Assembly: GCF_964204865.1 (NCBI RefSeq) | Contig: NC_135259.1 | Coordinates: 12,524,001-12,588,000 of the forward strand | Reading direction: 5' to 3' | Length of the DNA: 64,000 nt | DNA from: Styela clava | Taxonomy: Eukaryota | Shown: positions 52,701 to 64,000 of the stretch, in pieces | Numbering within the stretch: position 1 is the stretch's first letter | Layout of the letters: each line of letters begins with the position of its first letter | Notes under the pieces: generated by a model | The model's database searches: none | Seen by the model: the letters and a program-made list of their open reading frames with translations, nothing else | Told to the model about the DNA's origin: nothing | Translations under genes and position numbers: made by a program

Positions 52701-55700
52701 TGTAATATTTCCTGGATTTTCTTATTCGGTATCACCAATATCCAGTAAAACTCCAGTAAAAGCCGATTTGATATATATAATAACTGTACATTGTCAAACG
52801 GTTGTTTGACGTCATCTGCTGCTGATTTCATCAATATGGACTCAACTGGCTGAAATATTTGAATATTCTATCGCGAGTAGTCGTCAATCGCAGTAGAGTT
52901 TATTGTGCCGTGTTTAATTTATGTGTTTATTAAAATTAATTGTACAATATTTCTCGCAAACGAAAATAAATATTTGAATCCTTACCAGGTATTGTATTAT
53001 AGATTGTCATGCGCTTGTGACTGCGCATCGTGCTTTTGAATGAGTAAGTAAAGAAACGTGTATGAGTAAAATTTAAGCGTCATTTTTATCATCCATATAT
53101 CAAAATTTTCAAAGACTTAAAATGTAAACAAGCCTTAAAGTTGCCTATTTTTTTGATGTTCTAAAGAGCTTTTACAGTCAAACGAAGACTCCCAAATAGA
53201 GAAGACTCACCCCTATTTGTATCATTTATTATCATTATTTATTCAAATGACCATTTACATTTGTTTCAGCATCTTCGGAAGGTTCCGTGATTCTTGTGCT
53301 TGGTTTAATTCTTGTTCTGGAATACAAAGATCGCGGATTCATGTTTTTGTGGCCAACGAAACTTTCGTCTGATTCGATTGCAAAGCGAATACGGTAGATA
53401 TATCTAAACTTATTTGAAACGAAGTGATTTCCACAGCAAATATTCACTGTGCTTTATTTTAGTTTTCTAACGAGCAAGATTTTGTACGTTGTTGTACAAA
53501 AAGCAACAAACCATAACTGAAAGCTAAGTCTGTAGATCCGCCATGATTCAGAATTATACACACAAGGAAGTAATCAATACTACAATATATCCTGGTATTC
53601 TGATACGTGGAATATTAAATTACAGACCCAATTACGAACCAATAAAGATCGTGCGTAAGTACCACGGATACTTAATATGCTGGGCAACAACATATACATT
53701 CTGGTACCATCCGATGGAGAACACGTGGGGACATGTACTTGGCTTTATTCATGGAGGAATGTTGTTTTTGCAGGGAAGTCTTATATACACGAGATTCCAT
53801 TTAAATAGGTGAGATGCTTTTTCTCGCCACGGATGCATATTATCTAGACTAGATAATACCGCGGTGTAATGAATTTTAATGAACTTTAAAGTGTAATTTA
53901 CTAAGCGTATAGTATTTTATTCTAAATCTAGGCTAGACAAAGCGGGTCATGGAAACTGAAAAATATCTTTAAATTGTACTAACCAAATAATTCATGTTCA
54001 TTTTCATGTCAATTTTAACAATGTATGCAAGTTATCACATTTATACTCATCTCATATGATGTATATAAATAATGCGTAAAATATTTGAAATTCTCTTTAG
54101 ATATTGGAGATTACTCAATGAAATATGGGTGATAATCCACGGCTCTTTCATGGCCTTCCAAACTAGACACGGGGAAGTAGAAGCAAGACAACAATGGCCC
54201 TTATATTTTTTAGGTTTTGGACTTATTCTGTCATGCACACAGGTATAATGAGAAAAATTGTACGTTTACTTTTTATGATTTTATATTATTACATAAAAGT
54301 GATCCATGTTATTTATAGATTTTCGGACTTACTTTTTGGAGAAAAATTCATTTTGCATTTCGTGCTATACCACCCCTGTTGTTTTTTGTGATCTCTCTCA
54401 TTCTCTGCGGAACTGAAGTAATAAGGTATCCTATTTTGAGACTGTATCTGAACTTAAATTTGATTTTAAGGTTCATTGAAGACCTTCCTGATAACCTCAC
54501 ACTAGCAATGCAAGTTGGTGTAGAGCGCTAAAACAGCTAGGAATACAGACCCTACAGTGAAATTTAAAGTCTTTCTGTCGCTAAAATTAATTGCCGAACA
54601 GTCGTGACTCTAATTATAATATCATTTTAAGTATTTAATTTTGGGCTCTGCTTGTTCAAGCGTTCTTCCACGGTTCTTCGATAACGTTCAACTGTGGAGC
54701 ATGCTCGGTTTCGTGAACATTCACCAACATGAACATTTTATCCATATTTTAGAGGCAATGCACCAGGAGAGTCAAGTTTTGCAAGATTGCGAGAAATATT
54801 TTACATTCCATTAGAAATGTACTTGATACTAATTGCAATATGGCTACTTATATATTTGATGCTCAAATTGGAGAAACATGTAATCGATGATTCTGATTCC
54901 AGTTATAACGTTACGGTAAACGGCATATCAGAAATATCATTTATAAATGGCTACTTCACATAGAAATCAAATTAAAATGACTTTTTTTCAGAATCTTGGT
55001 GTTGGAGAAACGGAGGTAACGGTCATCAGCAATGAAAACATTGTTAATGAGGAAAGATCGACTAACACCTCAAATCGTACGAATGAAAATTCTACGGAAG
55101 GTAAACAACAAAATTTGCTGCTACTTGTGTATGCGATCTCATGTTGTGTGATCTTACTGATTTTAAATAAGGTTAAGGTTAAAAACTGAATTCAGTGAGA
55201 ATTTCTTCATGAGATTAAATGCATAACAACGTGGCAGCCAAATTGGTGAAGTTTTGACATTCGTTTGAGATCACTTTGTGCAAGTGGCATCGCATACATA
55301 TGTGACAACCAAATTTTTCATGAGATAAAATTATGTAGAAACAAGTACAAACTCAATATGTTTACATGATTCAAAAATTGGACCTGTTGATTACAAATTT
55401 TTAATCGATTTTATGTAATATATGTTACCATTTTCTAAAATACCAAATTGTTTTTATATTAATCCCCCCGAGTCCCACTTCCCCCAGTTTCTACTGTTTT
55501 GGAAATGTCACTGGAACGCTTCTATATTATATCTAGTACACATCTGCATATGACTTCTGGTACAATTCAATCAACTTCTGAATGGAATTTTGCTTCCATT
55601 CTTCTGTTGTTATACTCAATTTTACATTTCAACAATAATACAACCTTTTCACTTTTATCGTAGATATTTGCACGGATGCACAGGATATTGATGAAGAAGA

Positions 55701-55911
55701 GCAACACAATTCTTCAATTTTGAAGCAAGCTCTTGGGATCACTGGATTTTTATTAATTCATGCTATTATGATTGTTTTGTCTTATTTTATACAATGGATG
55801 GATGTGAACATGTCAAACTCAAATATTATGTTCATCATGGTTGCCATATTTACTGTATGCTGGAGTATTGCTGCCATGATGGCAAGGCTTGCCTTGAATT
55901 CCGTAAAATAA
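49763..55911 (+). CDS. Uncharacterised multi-pass membrane protein, ~552 aa, 11 exons (49763-49937, 50491-50598, 51044-51201, 52545-52686, 53270-53393, 53626-53808, 54101-54242, 54319-54425, 54753-54915, 54992-55100, 55664-55911)
   Basis: Exons join in frame (1659 nt); many hydrophobic helices; motifs WYYWKLP, HLGQTHWTYDGLAQ, RKYHGY, YTFWYHPMENTWGH, LQGSL.YTRFH, WPLYFLGF. Confidence 0.88.
51743..51978. mobile_element. Merlin-like MITE with internal TTAGGG repeats
   Basis: ~70-bp TIRs starting GG, perfect 8-bp TSD aaatattg (51735-51742, 51979-51986); related to the 33354 and 34235 copies. Confidence 0.85.
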
Positions 55912-57231
55912 TTTAACAACATGTATTTTATTAGTTATTATTTAAGAATTTGATTTTGAATTGTATATTTGAACATTGATGAGTATTCCTAATATATCAA
56001 CAAGGTCGAACGTTATCATGTGGAAATGAATCTACTGCTTAGCAGATTTAATTATCAACTGACAGGTAACTAACTTATCGAGGTCGCGTCAGATTTCTCG
56101 AGTTGATTAAACTATATTAGACCATATTCCAAAAGTGCAAGAGCGCTCGATAAAACACCCATAGCCCCAAGGGGATGCTCAAAGTCTTTCGTCTGTTCGC
56201 CGTCGGGCGGTGTGAATTGCTTTGTGTAACTCATTGTTTAAAAGCATAACTACAAACATATATATATACATTAAAAATAATATAGAAAATTGGGTGCTAC
56301 TCTGGTATGGGATCTTAGCAGCGGTTATGACATCTCAGTGATTTTAGTTATTTTATGAGAATGTCTTTATGAGAATAAATTTATCTTTGTTGTTGCCACT
56401 TTGGCAGGCAATTGAGATCACGTTAAGCAAGTGATATCGCATGCCAAAGTGGCAGCGAAACTTGTAGATAGTGAAGCATATATTGTCTGGTAGTAGGAAG
56501 TTTATCACTCATGTGAAATGCGTAGATACTGATGTTACAAATGCTATCAAAAATTATGAAGACGTCAATTGTGCGTTTTGAACTGTCATCAGTATATACC
56601 TATTTTCAGCTGTTCTGGGGTCATGCCATGCAACCGAGCCTATGTCATAGACATAGATACAAAATTTTACATACATATTTATATAAGCAGTTAGTATGTT
56701 CAGAAAGATATAAGGGTAAGTATTGTATTGTAAAATGAATCAATTATCCATCTCATTCAAACAAATCTGAGCATAATAATATTATTGACGCTGACACCAA
56801 ATTAACCTGTAAATGTTTACCATGGCATGCAGCGAATTTCATTTTTAATATATATAATCGGTTTTCCATTGATCAAACCCTCAATGGCTCAAGGATTACA
56901 TTACAAAAACAGTCAAATATATTTTCATGGCCGGTTATAATAATATTAACCTTAAATATATCAAGAGCCGATTAAAAACATTACTCACAAAATCATAAAA
57001 AAATAATTTTAATGGTCATAACATAAAACCTTTAGAATGTAATTTTGTCCTGCATATGACCAAAGCGTAGCTTCAGTATCGGCCAATTGACTTGGCCATT
57101 GTTATCGTACAAAAAACGCAGCATTGTCAACGACGTTAGTGAATTAAGATAATCAGCTATTTTGCTCTCAGCCAAATATAATAAAGTTATTAAATATTGA
57201 TTTCATTGTATTTTTTACCTTATTTGCAAGA

Positions 57232-58752
57232 ATGAAGTTTCGTTGTTTCCTGTTGCTGTATATTTTTATCTTGCCGAACGAGCTGATGATATGTGGTAAA
57301 ACAGGTTTGTTTATATTTTGTCGTTATTTAAGTAATGCTTGGTCTAAGCTAAAAAATTGAAGGTTAATCAGTTTGGAAAATTTATCAAACCAAATATCAT
57401 TAACTAAATAAAGCAATGCTTGTCAAAATCTAATCAGGCTGAATGAAAATAGTGATAAAGAATAAAAATCAAAAATATACATCTCAACTAATATCTGTAA
57501 AATAGCAGGAAACCTGGTCACGTTTTTGATAATGAGTACGAATGCTGGTTTCAACTATGTAAACTTAAAAACAAATAATTTAGCTCAAAATAATTATCGT
57601 TTTCCCATAACTTTGATTGATAAAGATGAAAATATAAGAACAACTCAAATCTTTTGTTATATGTTACCGGTGAATTGTTCTATTTCATTTTCTACAAACA
57701 TTTTGGAATGATCACTTCAAGTTTATACGCGTTAGGTAAATTATATACAGACAAGGAGTCACGAATAATAAAAACTTTTGCATTTAGGTGACTTGTGCAT
57801 CCACAAACTTGTTAAAGGTCGTCTCGTTACTGAAGGTTTCTGTGAGACTCCAAATGAACAAGGTGGGAATATGCATTGAATAGCACGTTATTGTCAAGAT
57901 TTTTCGTGAGAATTAATTTTTATTTTATTTACAACAGATATTATCACCCAACTGCGAAACGATGTAGAAGCTGCAAAGGAAAGGGGTAAGTAAAAAAGGG
58001 GGGAGGGGATGATGGATTAAAAGAGGTTAGGTTTTGTATGATAAATGGTATAAGATGTTAAAAAAATAAAATAAAATCAATACGTTGATAAAGACGTAAC
58101 GGCCATTAATTCACTAAACTATTTTACAGAAAAACTTAAAACCTGGTATAAAGCAAGCAACAACTTTTACTACAAAATGTTCTTGGACCAGGTTTCTTAT
58201 GCGACTGCCAAAGCAAACTGTCAAGAGAAAAAAGGCAAGTTTAGCTTCCGTTGGTGTTCGCGATTCTTCAATAAGAAAGTGAGTATTGAATTATTGTTTC
58301 AAATACGAAAGCGATGAAGTATAAGTTCGATTACAAAATGCAATACACATTGAAAGAACTTGCTATGTTTTATATCAGAATATTATTTATACAAATAGCT
58401 GCATGATATGTTTGCGGAATAGTGTTGTTTATTTAACTATGTTTTTTATATATTACAAAAACAATATTTTACTCTTATCATCAATAAACATTCAATAATG
58501 TTTTTAATCCACAGTCATTTAATCAGTCTTGCCAGTGGAGAACATGTGTGGATTGGATTGAATGATATTGAACATGAAGGCAACTTTATTTGGGAGGATG
58601 GCGTCGTTTCCACCGCAGATAATACTCCTTGGATAGATCCACAACCTGATAACGCTGCGGGAAATGAAGATTGCGTCGAATTGACGGAAAATTCATTAAA
58701 TGACCTTGATTGTTCTAGTTTATTACCGTATATATGTGAAAAATTTGTTTGA
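57232..58752 (+). CDS. Secreted QPD-type C-type lectin (lectin 4) with a +1 frameshift in exon 4 (pseudogene, null allele or sequencing error); exons 57232-57304, 57788-57862, 57938-57985, 58130-58278, 58515-58752
   Basis: Signal peptide; WY..SN..YYK..VSY..AKANC; VWIGLND..EG.F.WEDG..W..QPDN..EDCVE..LND..C..YICE; the frame is restored only by removing one base near 58228-58242. Confidence 0.85.
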
Positions 58753-59319
58753 GCACAAACTGATTATAATTCTTTCTTTCTTTGTATCATCAATAGATGT
58801 TGAGTACCGGTAATTAGTATTTTGGCTTTAAATTGGTTATGTAATTCATTCGGTAATTAAATTAATGATTATCTGCATCGAGAATTTCAATAAATATTGA
58901 GGTTTCGTTTTACTTTATTGATTATTTATTTTGTAATATTCAATAGCTGTATGTGCTTTTAAATTTCTTCACTTAATTTTGTAATATATTAAACACAAAC
59001 ATCATACTTTTTTAGGTTTATTCTAACTGTAAAAAACTTAAAGTTTATATAATTCTATATTTGGAACTGCAATAATTTCACAATTTATCAGGAAAGTGAA
59101 GGTTATTTTTTAGGTATATTGTTATCTTCACATATTAAATTTGCAGCGTCAAAATCTGAATTTTAATAGGGCGATATCAAATTTCTTCCAAACTAGGTTT
59201 CAAGGTATGTAGCCGATCAAATTGTTACAAAACTTATGTAGTGTACCCGATCTTACGGTTGTTTTAAGCGTGGTGGTGGAGATAAAAGTCGAGATAATTC
59301 GTTGGGTAAAAACAAGTAT

Positions 59320-61522
59320 AACTAGAGCTGCGTGCAGCTTTAACAGGCTTCCCGCGTAAAAAAAACTGAAGACGCGTTTTGCTCACTAGAGCGTGAAAGC
59401 GTGGTCAGTCATGCATAAAATTTGCATTTTATTGCTGGCTGAGAACTTCTGCACATTTGAGGTGAATTTCAAGTTTGTAGGACCAATTTGAAAAAAAAAA
59501 TAATAAAATAAATAATAATAATAAATAAATATTAATAATAATAAATAAATAATAATAATAACTAGAGCTGCGTGCAGCTTTAACAGGCTTCCCGCGTAAA
59601 AAAAACTGAAGACGCGTTTTGCTCACTGGAGCGTGAAAGCATGGTCAGTCATGCATAAAATTTGCAATTTATGATGGGGGACTTATTATCTGCATGTGAT
59701 GTAAATTTGAAGTCTCTAAGTAGTCTCGTTCTCGAGAAGAAGATGAAAATGTAAAATCCTATATTGCTCACTGGAGCGTATCGCCGAGGTCACTCATGCG
59801 TATCCTTGACATATCGTATCCGGAACATGTCCATTAATCATTGTTATGAATTTCAACCCAATAGCATGTATCAATTTTGAGAAATCGCAAAAAAAACTGA
59901 AGTCGCGTTTTGCTCACTGGAGCGTGAAAGCGTGGTCAGTCATGCATCAAATTTGCATTTTATTGCTAGCTGAGAACTTCTGCACATTTGAGGTGAATTT
60001 CAAGTTTGTAGGACCAATTTGGAAAAAAAATAATAAAAATAAATAATAACTAGAGCTGCGTGCAGCTTTAACATGCTTCCCGCGTAAAAAAAACTGAAGA
60101 CGCGTTTTGCTCACTGGAGCGTGAAAGCGTGGTCAGTCATGCATAAAATTTGCAATTTATGATGGGGGACTTATTATCTGCATGTGATGTAAATTTCAAG
60201 TCTCCAAGTAGTGTCGTTCTCGAGAAGAAGATGAAAATGTAAAATCCTATATTGCTCACTGGAGCGTATCTCCGAGGTCACTCATGCGTATCCTTGACAT
60301 ATCGTGTCCGGAACATGTCCATTAATCATTGTTATGAATTTCAATCCAATAGCATGTATCAATTTTGAGAAATCGCAAAAAAACTGAAGACGCGTTTTGC
60401 TCACTGGAGTGTGAAAGCGTGGTCAGTCATGCATAAAATTTGCAATTTATGATGGGGGACTTATTATCTGCATGTGATGTAAATTTCAGTCTCTAAGTAG
60501 TGTCGTTCTCGAGAGGAAGATGAAAATGTAAAATCCTATATTGCTCACTGGAGCGTATCGCCGAGGTCACTCATGCGTATCCTTGACATATCGTATCCGG
60601 AACATGTCCATTAATCATTGTTATGAATTTCAACCCAATAGCATGTATCAATTTTGAGAAATCGCAAAAATACTGAAGACGCGTTTTGCTCACTGGAGCG
60701 TGAAAGCGTGGTCAGTCATGCATGAAATTTGCATTTTATTGCTAGCTGAGAACTTCTGCACATTTGAGGTCAATTTCAAGTATGTAGGACCAATTTGAAA
60801 AAAAAATAATAAAAATAAATAAATAATAATAATAATAATAAAACACAGGAATACAATAGGTTCCCTGCTGACAAGCAGCGGGAAGCCTAACTAGAGCTGC
60901 GTGCAGCTTTAACAGGCTTCCCGCGTAAAAAAAACTGAAGACGCGTTTTGCTCACTAGAGCGTGAAAGCGTGGTCAGTCATGCATAAAATTTGCAATTTA
61001 TGATGGGGGACTTATTATCTGCATGTGATGTAAATTTCAAATCGCAAAAAAACTGAAGACACGTTTTGCTCACTGGAGCGTGAAAGCGTGGTCAGTCATG
61101 CATAAAATTTGCAATTTATGATGGGGGACTTATTATCTGCATGTGATGTAAATTTCAAGTCTCTAAGTAGTGTCGTTCTCGAGAAGAAGATGAAAATGTA
61201 AAATCCTATATTGCTCACTGGAGCGTATCGCCGAGGTCACTCATGCGTATCCTTGACATATCGTATCCGGAACATGTCCATTAATCATTGTTATGAATTT
61301 CAACCCAATAGCATGTATCAATTTTGAGAAATCGCAAAAAAACTGAAAACGCGTTTTGCTCACTGAAGCGTGAAAGCGTGGTCAGTCATGCATAAAATTT
61401 GCATTTTATTGCTAGCTGAGAACTTCTGCGCATTTGAGGTGAATTTCAAGTTTGTAGGACTAATTTGAAAAAAAAATAATAAAAATAAATAAATAAATAA
61501 TAATAATAATAATAATAATAAT
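59320..61522 (-). mobile_element. Tandem/nested array of Helentron-like non-autonomous elements with internal tandem core repeats and (TAA)n tracts
   Basis: Terminus aactagagctgcgtgcagct (hairpin plus CTAGTT on the minus strand) at 59320, 59560, 60048, 60889; subterminal IR aggcttcccgc vs gcgggaagcct (60878-60888); repeated tgctcactggagcgt cores. Confidence 0.8.
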
Positions 61523-61667
61523 CCTACCTACGGACTGTTGCCTTGTCGTGGCAGGTAGGCTTTAGTCCCTTAGTGAACCCACAAACTGTGCTGGCGGGAG
61601 TTATAACTCCTGGTAGGGTCACCCATGCCAGAGAGATTGTGGGGGAAAGGGCAAACTAAAACAGTCC
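61523..61667 (+). ncRNA. Putative HDV-like self-cleaving ribozyme variant at the retrotransposon 5' end
   Basis: P1 61523-29/61553-59, P2 61532-39/61660-67, P3 61540-42/61550-52 with 7-nt L3, long branched P4, J4/2 CUAA at 61656-59. Confidence 0.65.
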
Positions 61668-61701
61668 ACCGCTTGGGAGTAGCGTTCAATACTCCCATCT
61701 C

Positions 61702-64000
61702 ATGAAAATGATGGAAAAGAAATCAAGTAAAAAGCACAACGGCGTGAATGGGACTGAGTCAACTACGACCAGTGTCTCGCCCGGTACGGTAGACGGGGTT
61801 GTCGACCAGCCGCCTCCGGATCGTCATTCTACTACTGGTCGCCGAAAGTGGAGTAAAGAATCAAATGAAGTGTTAATGAAATGTTATTTGAAAAGTGAAC
61901 CACAGCTTAGAGGCTATAGACAACGAATGAAACGTTTTTGGGATGAGAACAACTTGTTTGATGCATCAGAACAACGATTAGCAGATCAGATTAGACAAAT
62001 AAAGTTGAATGGTTGGTTAACTGTAGTCGAAATAGAAAACATTCAAAGGTCAATTAACTCTAGTTCCGATCCATCGCCAGATGAGCCAGAAAGTTTGCCG
62101 GCAGTAAGGACAATTGAGGTGGAGGAACAACTTTGTGATTGCCGCGAAAACACCGAAGAAGTGGAAGTTTTAGATGATGTTACCAGGAGAATTCTTGAAA
62201 TAGCCCAAGAACAACGTTTACGCCAAGTTCCTTCAGTTCGAACTATTCCAAAATATAAACTATTCAGAGAAACAAGTGTAATAAACCAGGCCCTAAAAGG
62301 AATTAGCTCGACTAACATAACGGAAACAAATAAGTTAATTTATGCCGGAGCAATAGCCGTCACTGAAAGACTAAGCCTCAATGTAAACGGAAGAAAATGT
62401 AAAGAGCCAGCCTGGAAATTACGATTACACAATAAGATACAAGAGATGAGAAGAGATATTGACAGACTACAAAAATTTGAAACGATCAAGAAAAATAAAC
62501 TGAAAAAAGAATTGATGGAGAAATACAGAGTAAAACAGAAAGGATTGTCATGCGCAACTGAAGAACTTCGACAAAGAATAATTGCAACTGCAGCAAAAAT
62601 CAAGAGATATACAGAGAGAACAAGACAATTTCGCCAAAATAAACTGTTTGAAAGCAATCAAAAGCAATTATATCGGGAGTTATCAGGCGATTTTCATACC
62701 AGTAAGGATGTAAGTAGAGAACCACAGAATTGCAGAGAATTTTGGAACAACATCTGGGGATCTAAAACCACTCATAATCAAAAATCTGCTTGGTTAAAAA
62801 CAGTAAAGAAAGAATTGGAAAATATTCCTACTCAATTAAATTTCACGATAACTGAAGAAATTCTCAAAAGGCAATTGAAAAAACTAGCTAATTGGAAGTC
62901 TCCAGGGGTTGATATGGTACAGGCATACTGGGTGAAAAAGTTCACTAGTCTGCATGCACGGATTGCAAAACAACTTGACTACTGTCTTCAGCAAGGCAAG
63001 GTTCCAAGTTGGATTACCGAAGGAAAAGCAGTATTGATTTTGAAAAACGAAAACAAGGGAAATAGTGCTAATAATTTTCGACCAATAACTTGTTTACCAA
63101 TCATATGGAAATTATTTACAGGAATGATTGCAACTAGTATATATGACCACATTGAACAAAACGATTTATTCCCGACGGAGCAGAAAGGGTGCAAGAGAGG
63201 GTCGCGTGGGCCAAAGGATCAACTTTTAATTGACAAAATGGTCTTGGATAACTGCAGAAAACGAAAAACAAGTTTATCCATGGCATGGATAGATTATCGT
63301 AAAGCTTACGATATGATTCCCCATTCATGGATTTCCAAATGCCTGGATTTGTTTGCAATAGCCAAAAATTTGAAAAAACTAGTCATAAACAGTATGGAAA
63401 CATGGAGAACGCATTTGACGGCAAATGGAAAACATTACGGAGAAATTCAAATAAAAAGAGGAATATTTCAGGGCGATACTCTCTCTCCACTTCTTTTTGT
63501 TCTGTGTATGATTCCACTGACGATGGTTTTGAGAAAAACAACACAATCATACTGCATAGGAAAAGGAAAGGAGCGGCTGAACCATCTCTTGTACATGGAC
63601 GATTTGAAACTATTCGGAAAAAACGACAAAGAAATAGACTCTTTAGTGAAAACTGTACACATTTTCAGTCGGGATATTGGAATGGATTTTGGGATAGATA
63701 AATGCGCAGTATTAAGTATGAAAAGGGGAAAAATTACTGACAGTGTGGGAATTTGTTTACCAGATGGGAATAGCATGAGCCAGCTCGAGGAAAGCAATGG
63801 ATACAAATACCTTGGAATATTGGAATCAAATTCGATAAACGAAAATCAAATGAAGAAACTGATCATCCATGAATATACTAAACGATTAAAACAAATTCTA
63901 AAATCAAAATTAAATGGCGGCAACATTATCAAAGCTATTAACATACGTGCAGTTTCGGTAATTAGATACAGCGCTGTTTTTATTGGTTGGTCAAAAAACA
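61702..64000 (+). CDS. Retrotransposon ORF (N-terminal Myb-like region plus reverse transcriptase), 3'-incomplete; absent from the ORF track because it has no stop in the window
   Basis: RRKWSKE..CY..GYRQRM..W..SEQRLADQIR; NWKSPGVD; NFRPITCL; WIDYRKAYD; RGIFQGDTLSPLLF; HLLYMDDLKLF; YKYLG, all in the same frame. Confidence 0.95.
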   Translation, partial: MKMMEKKSSKKHNGVNGTESTTTSVSPGTVDGVVDQPPPDRHSTTGRRKWSKESNEVLMKCYLKSEPQLRGYRQRMKRFWDENNLFDASEQRLADQIRQIKLNGWLTVVEIENIQRSINSSSDPSPDEPESLPAVRTIEVEEQLCDCRENTEEVEVLDDVTRRILEIAQEQRLRQVPSVRTIPKYKLFRETSVINQALKGISSTNITETNKLIYAGAIAVTERLSLNVNGRKCKEPAWKLRLHNKIQEMRRDIDRLQKFETIKKNKLKKELMEKYRVKQKGLSCATEELRQRIIATAAKIKRYTERTRQFRQNKLFESNQKQLYRELSGDFHTSKDVSREPQNCREFWNNIWGSKTTHNQKSAWLKTVKKELENIPTQLNFTITEEILKRQLKKLANWKSPGVDMVQAYWVKKFTSLHARIAKQLDYCLQQGKVPSWITEGKAVLILKNENKGNSANNFRPITCLPIIWKLFTGMIATSIYDHIEQNDLFPTEQKGCKRGSRGPKDQLLIDKMVLDNCRKRKTSLSMAWIDYRKAYDMIPHSWISKCLDLFAIAKNLKKLVINSMETWRTHLTANGKHYGEIQIKRGIFQGDTLSPLLFVLCMIPLTMVLRKTTQSYCIGKGKERLNHLLYMDDLKLFGKNDKEIDSLVKTVHIFSRDIGMDFGIDKCAVLSMKRGKITDSVGICLPDGNSMSQLEESNGYKYLGILESNSINENQMKKLIIHEYTKRLKQILKSKLNGGNIIKAINIRAVSVIRYSAVFIGWSKN

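Larger units (their letters stand above)
61523..64000 (+). mobile_element. R4-clade (Dong-like) non-LTR retrotransposon, 5' part, runs off the window
   Basis: Begins immediately after (TAA)n; structured 5' UTR; single long reverse transcriptase (RT) ORF. Confidence 0.88.

Noticed and set aside
5858-58752. All eight genes lie on the + strand, suggesting a tunicate-style operon
   Set aside because: Intergenic gaps are 1.3-4.4 kb and several genes have their own AATAAA. Tandem duplication explains much of the co-orientation.
59320-61500. CRISPR-like appearance of the repeated tgctcactggagcgt motifs
   Set aside because: The intervening sequences are themselves repeated, there are no cas genes, and the context is eukaryotic. 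A Helentron-like element explains it.
62043-63806. Minus-strand and off-frame ORFs in the track
   Set aside because: Shadows of the long RT ORF starting at 61702

Overview
AT-rich, intron-rich animal genomic DNA. An ascidian or other marine invertebrate origin is inferred from gene content and is not proven. The ORF track is mostly uninformative because the real genes are spliced. Assembling GT-AG exons by hand gives eight + strand genes: three divergent secreted C-type lectin-domain (CTLD) genes with a mosaic exon architecture (5.9-20.0 kb); a 23-exon membrane-anchored M1 aminopeptidase (23.4-36.4 kb); a tandem pair of unrecognised secreted precursors made of a signal peptide, an acidic pro-exon and a cationic 6-Cys domain (40.8-47.2 kb); an 11-exon His-rich multi-pass membrane protein of unknown function (49.8-55.9 kb); and a QPD-type lectin carrying a +1 frameshift (57.2-58.8 kb). 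The window ends with a tandem or nested array of Helentron-like non-autonomous elements. An R4/Dong-type non-LTR retrotransposon has inserted into the (TAA)n tract of that array; its ORF is open to the window edge and its 5' end can be folded into an atypical HDV-like ribozyme. Introns and intergenic DNA hold many MITEs and a solo LTR with a 5-bp target-site duplication (TSD).
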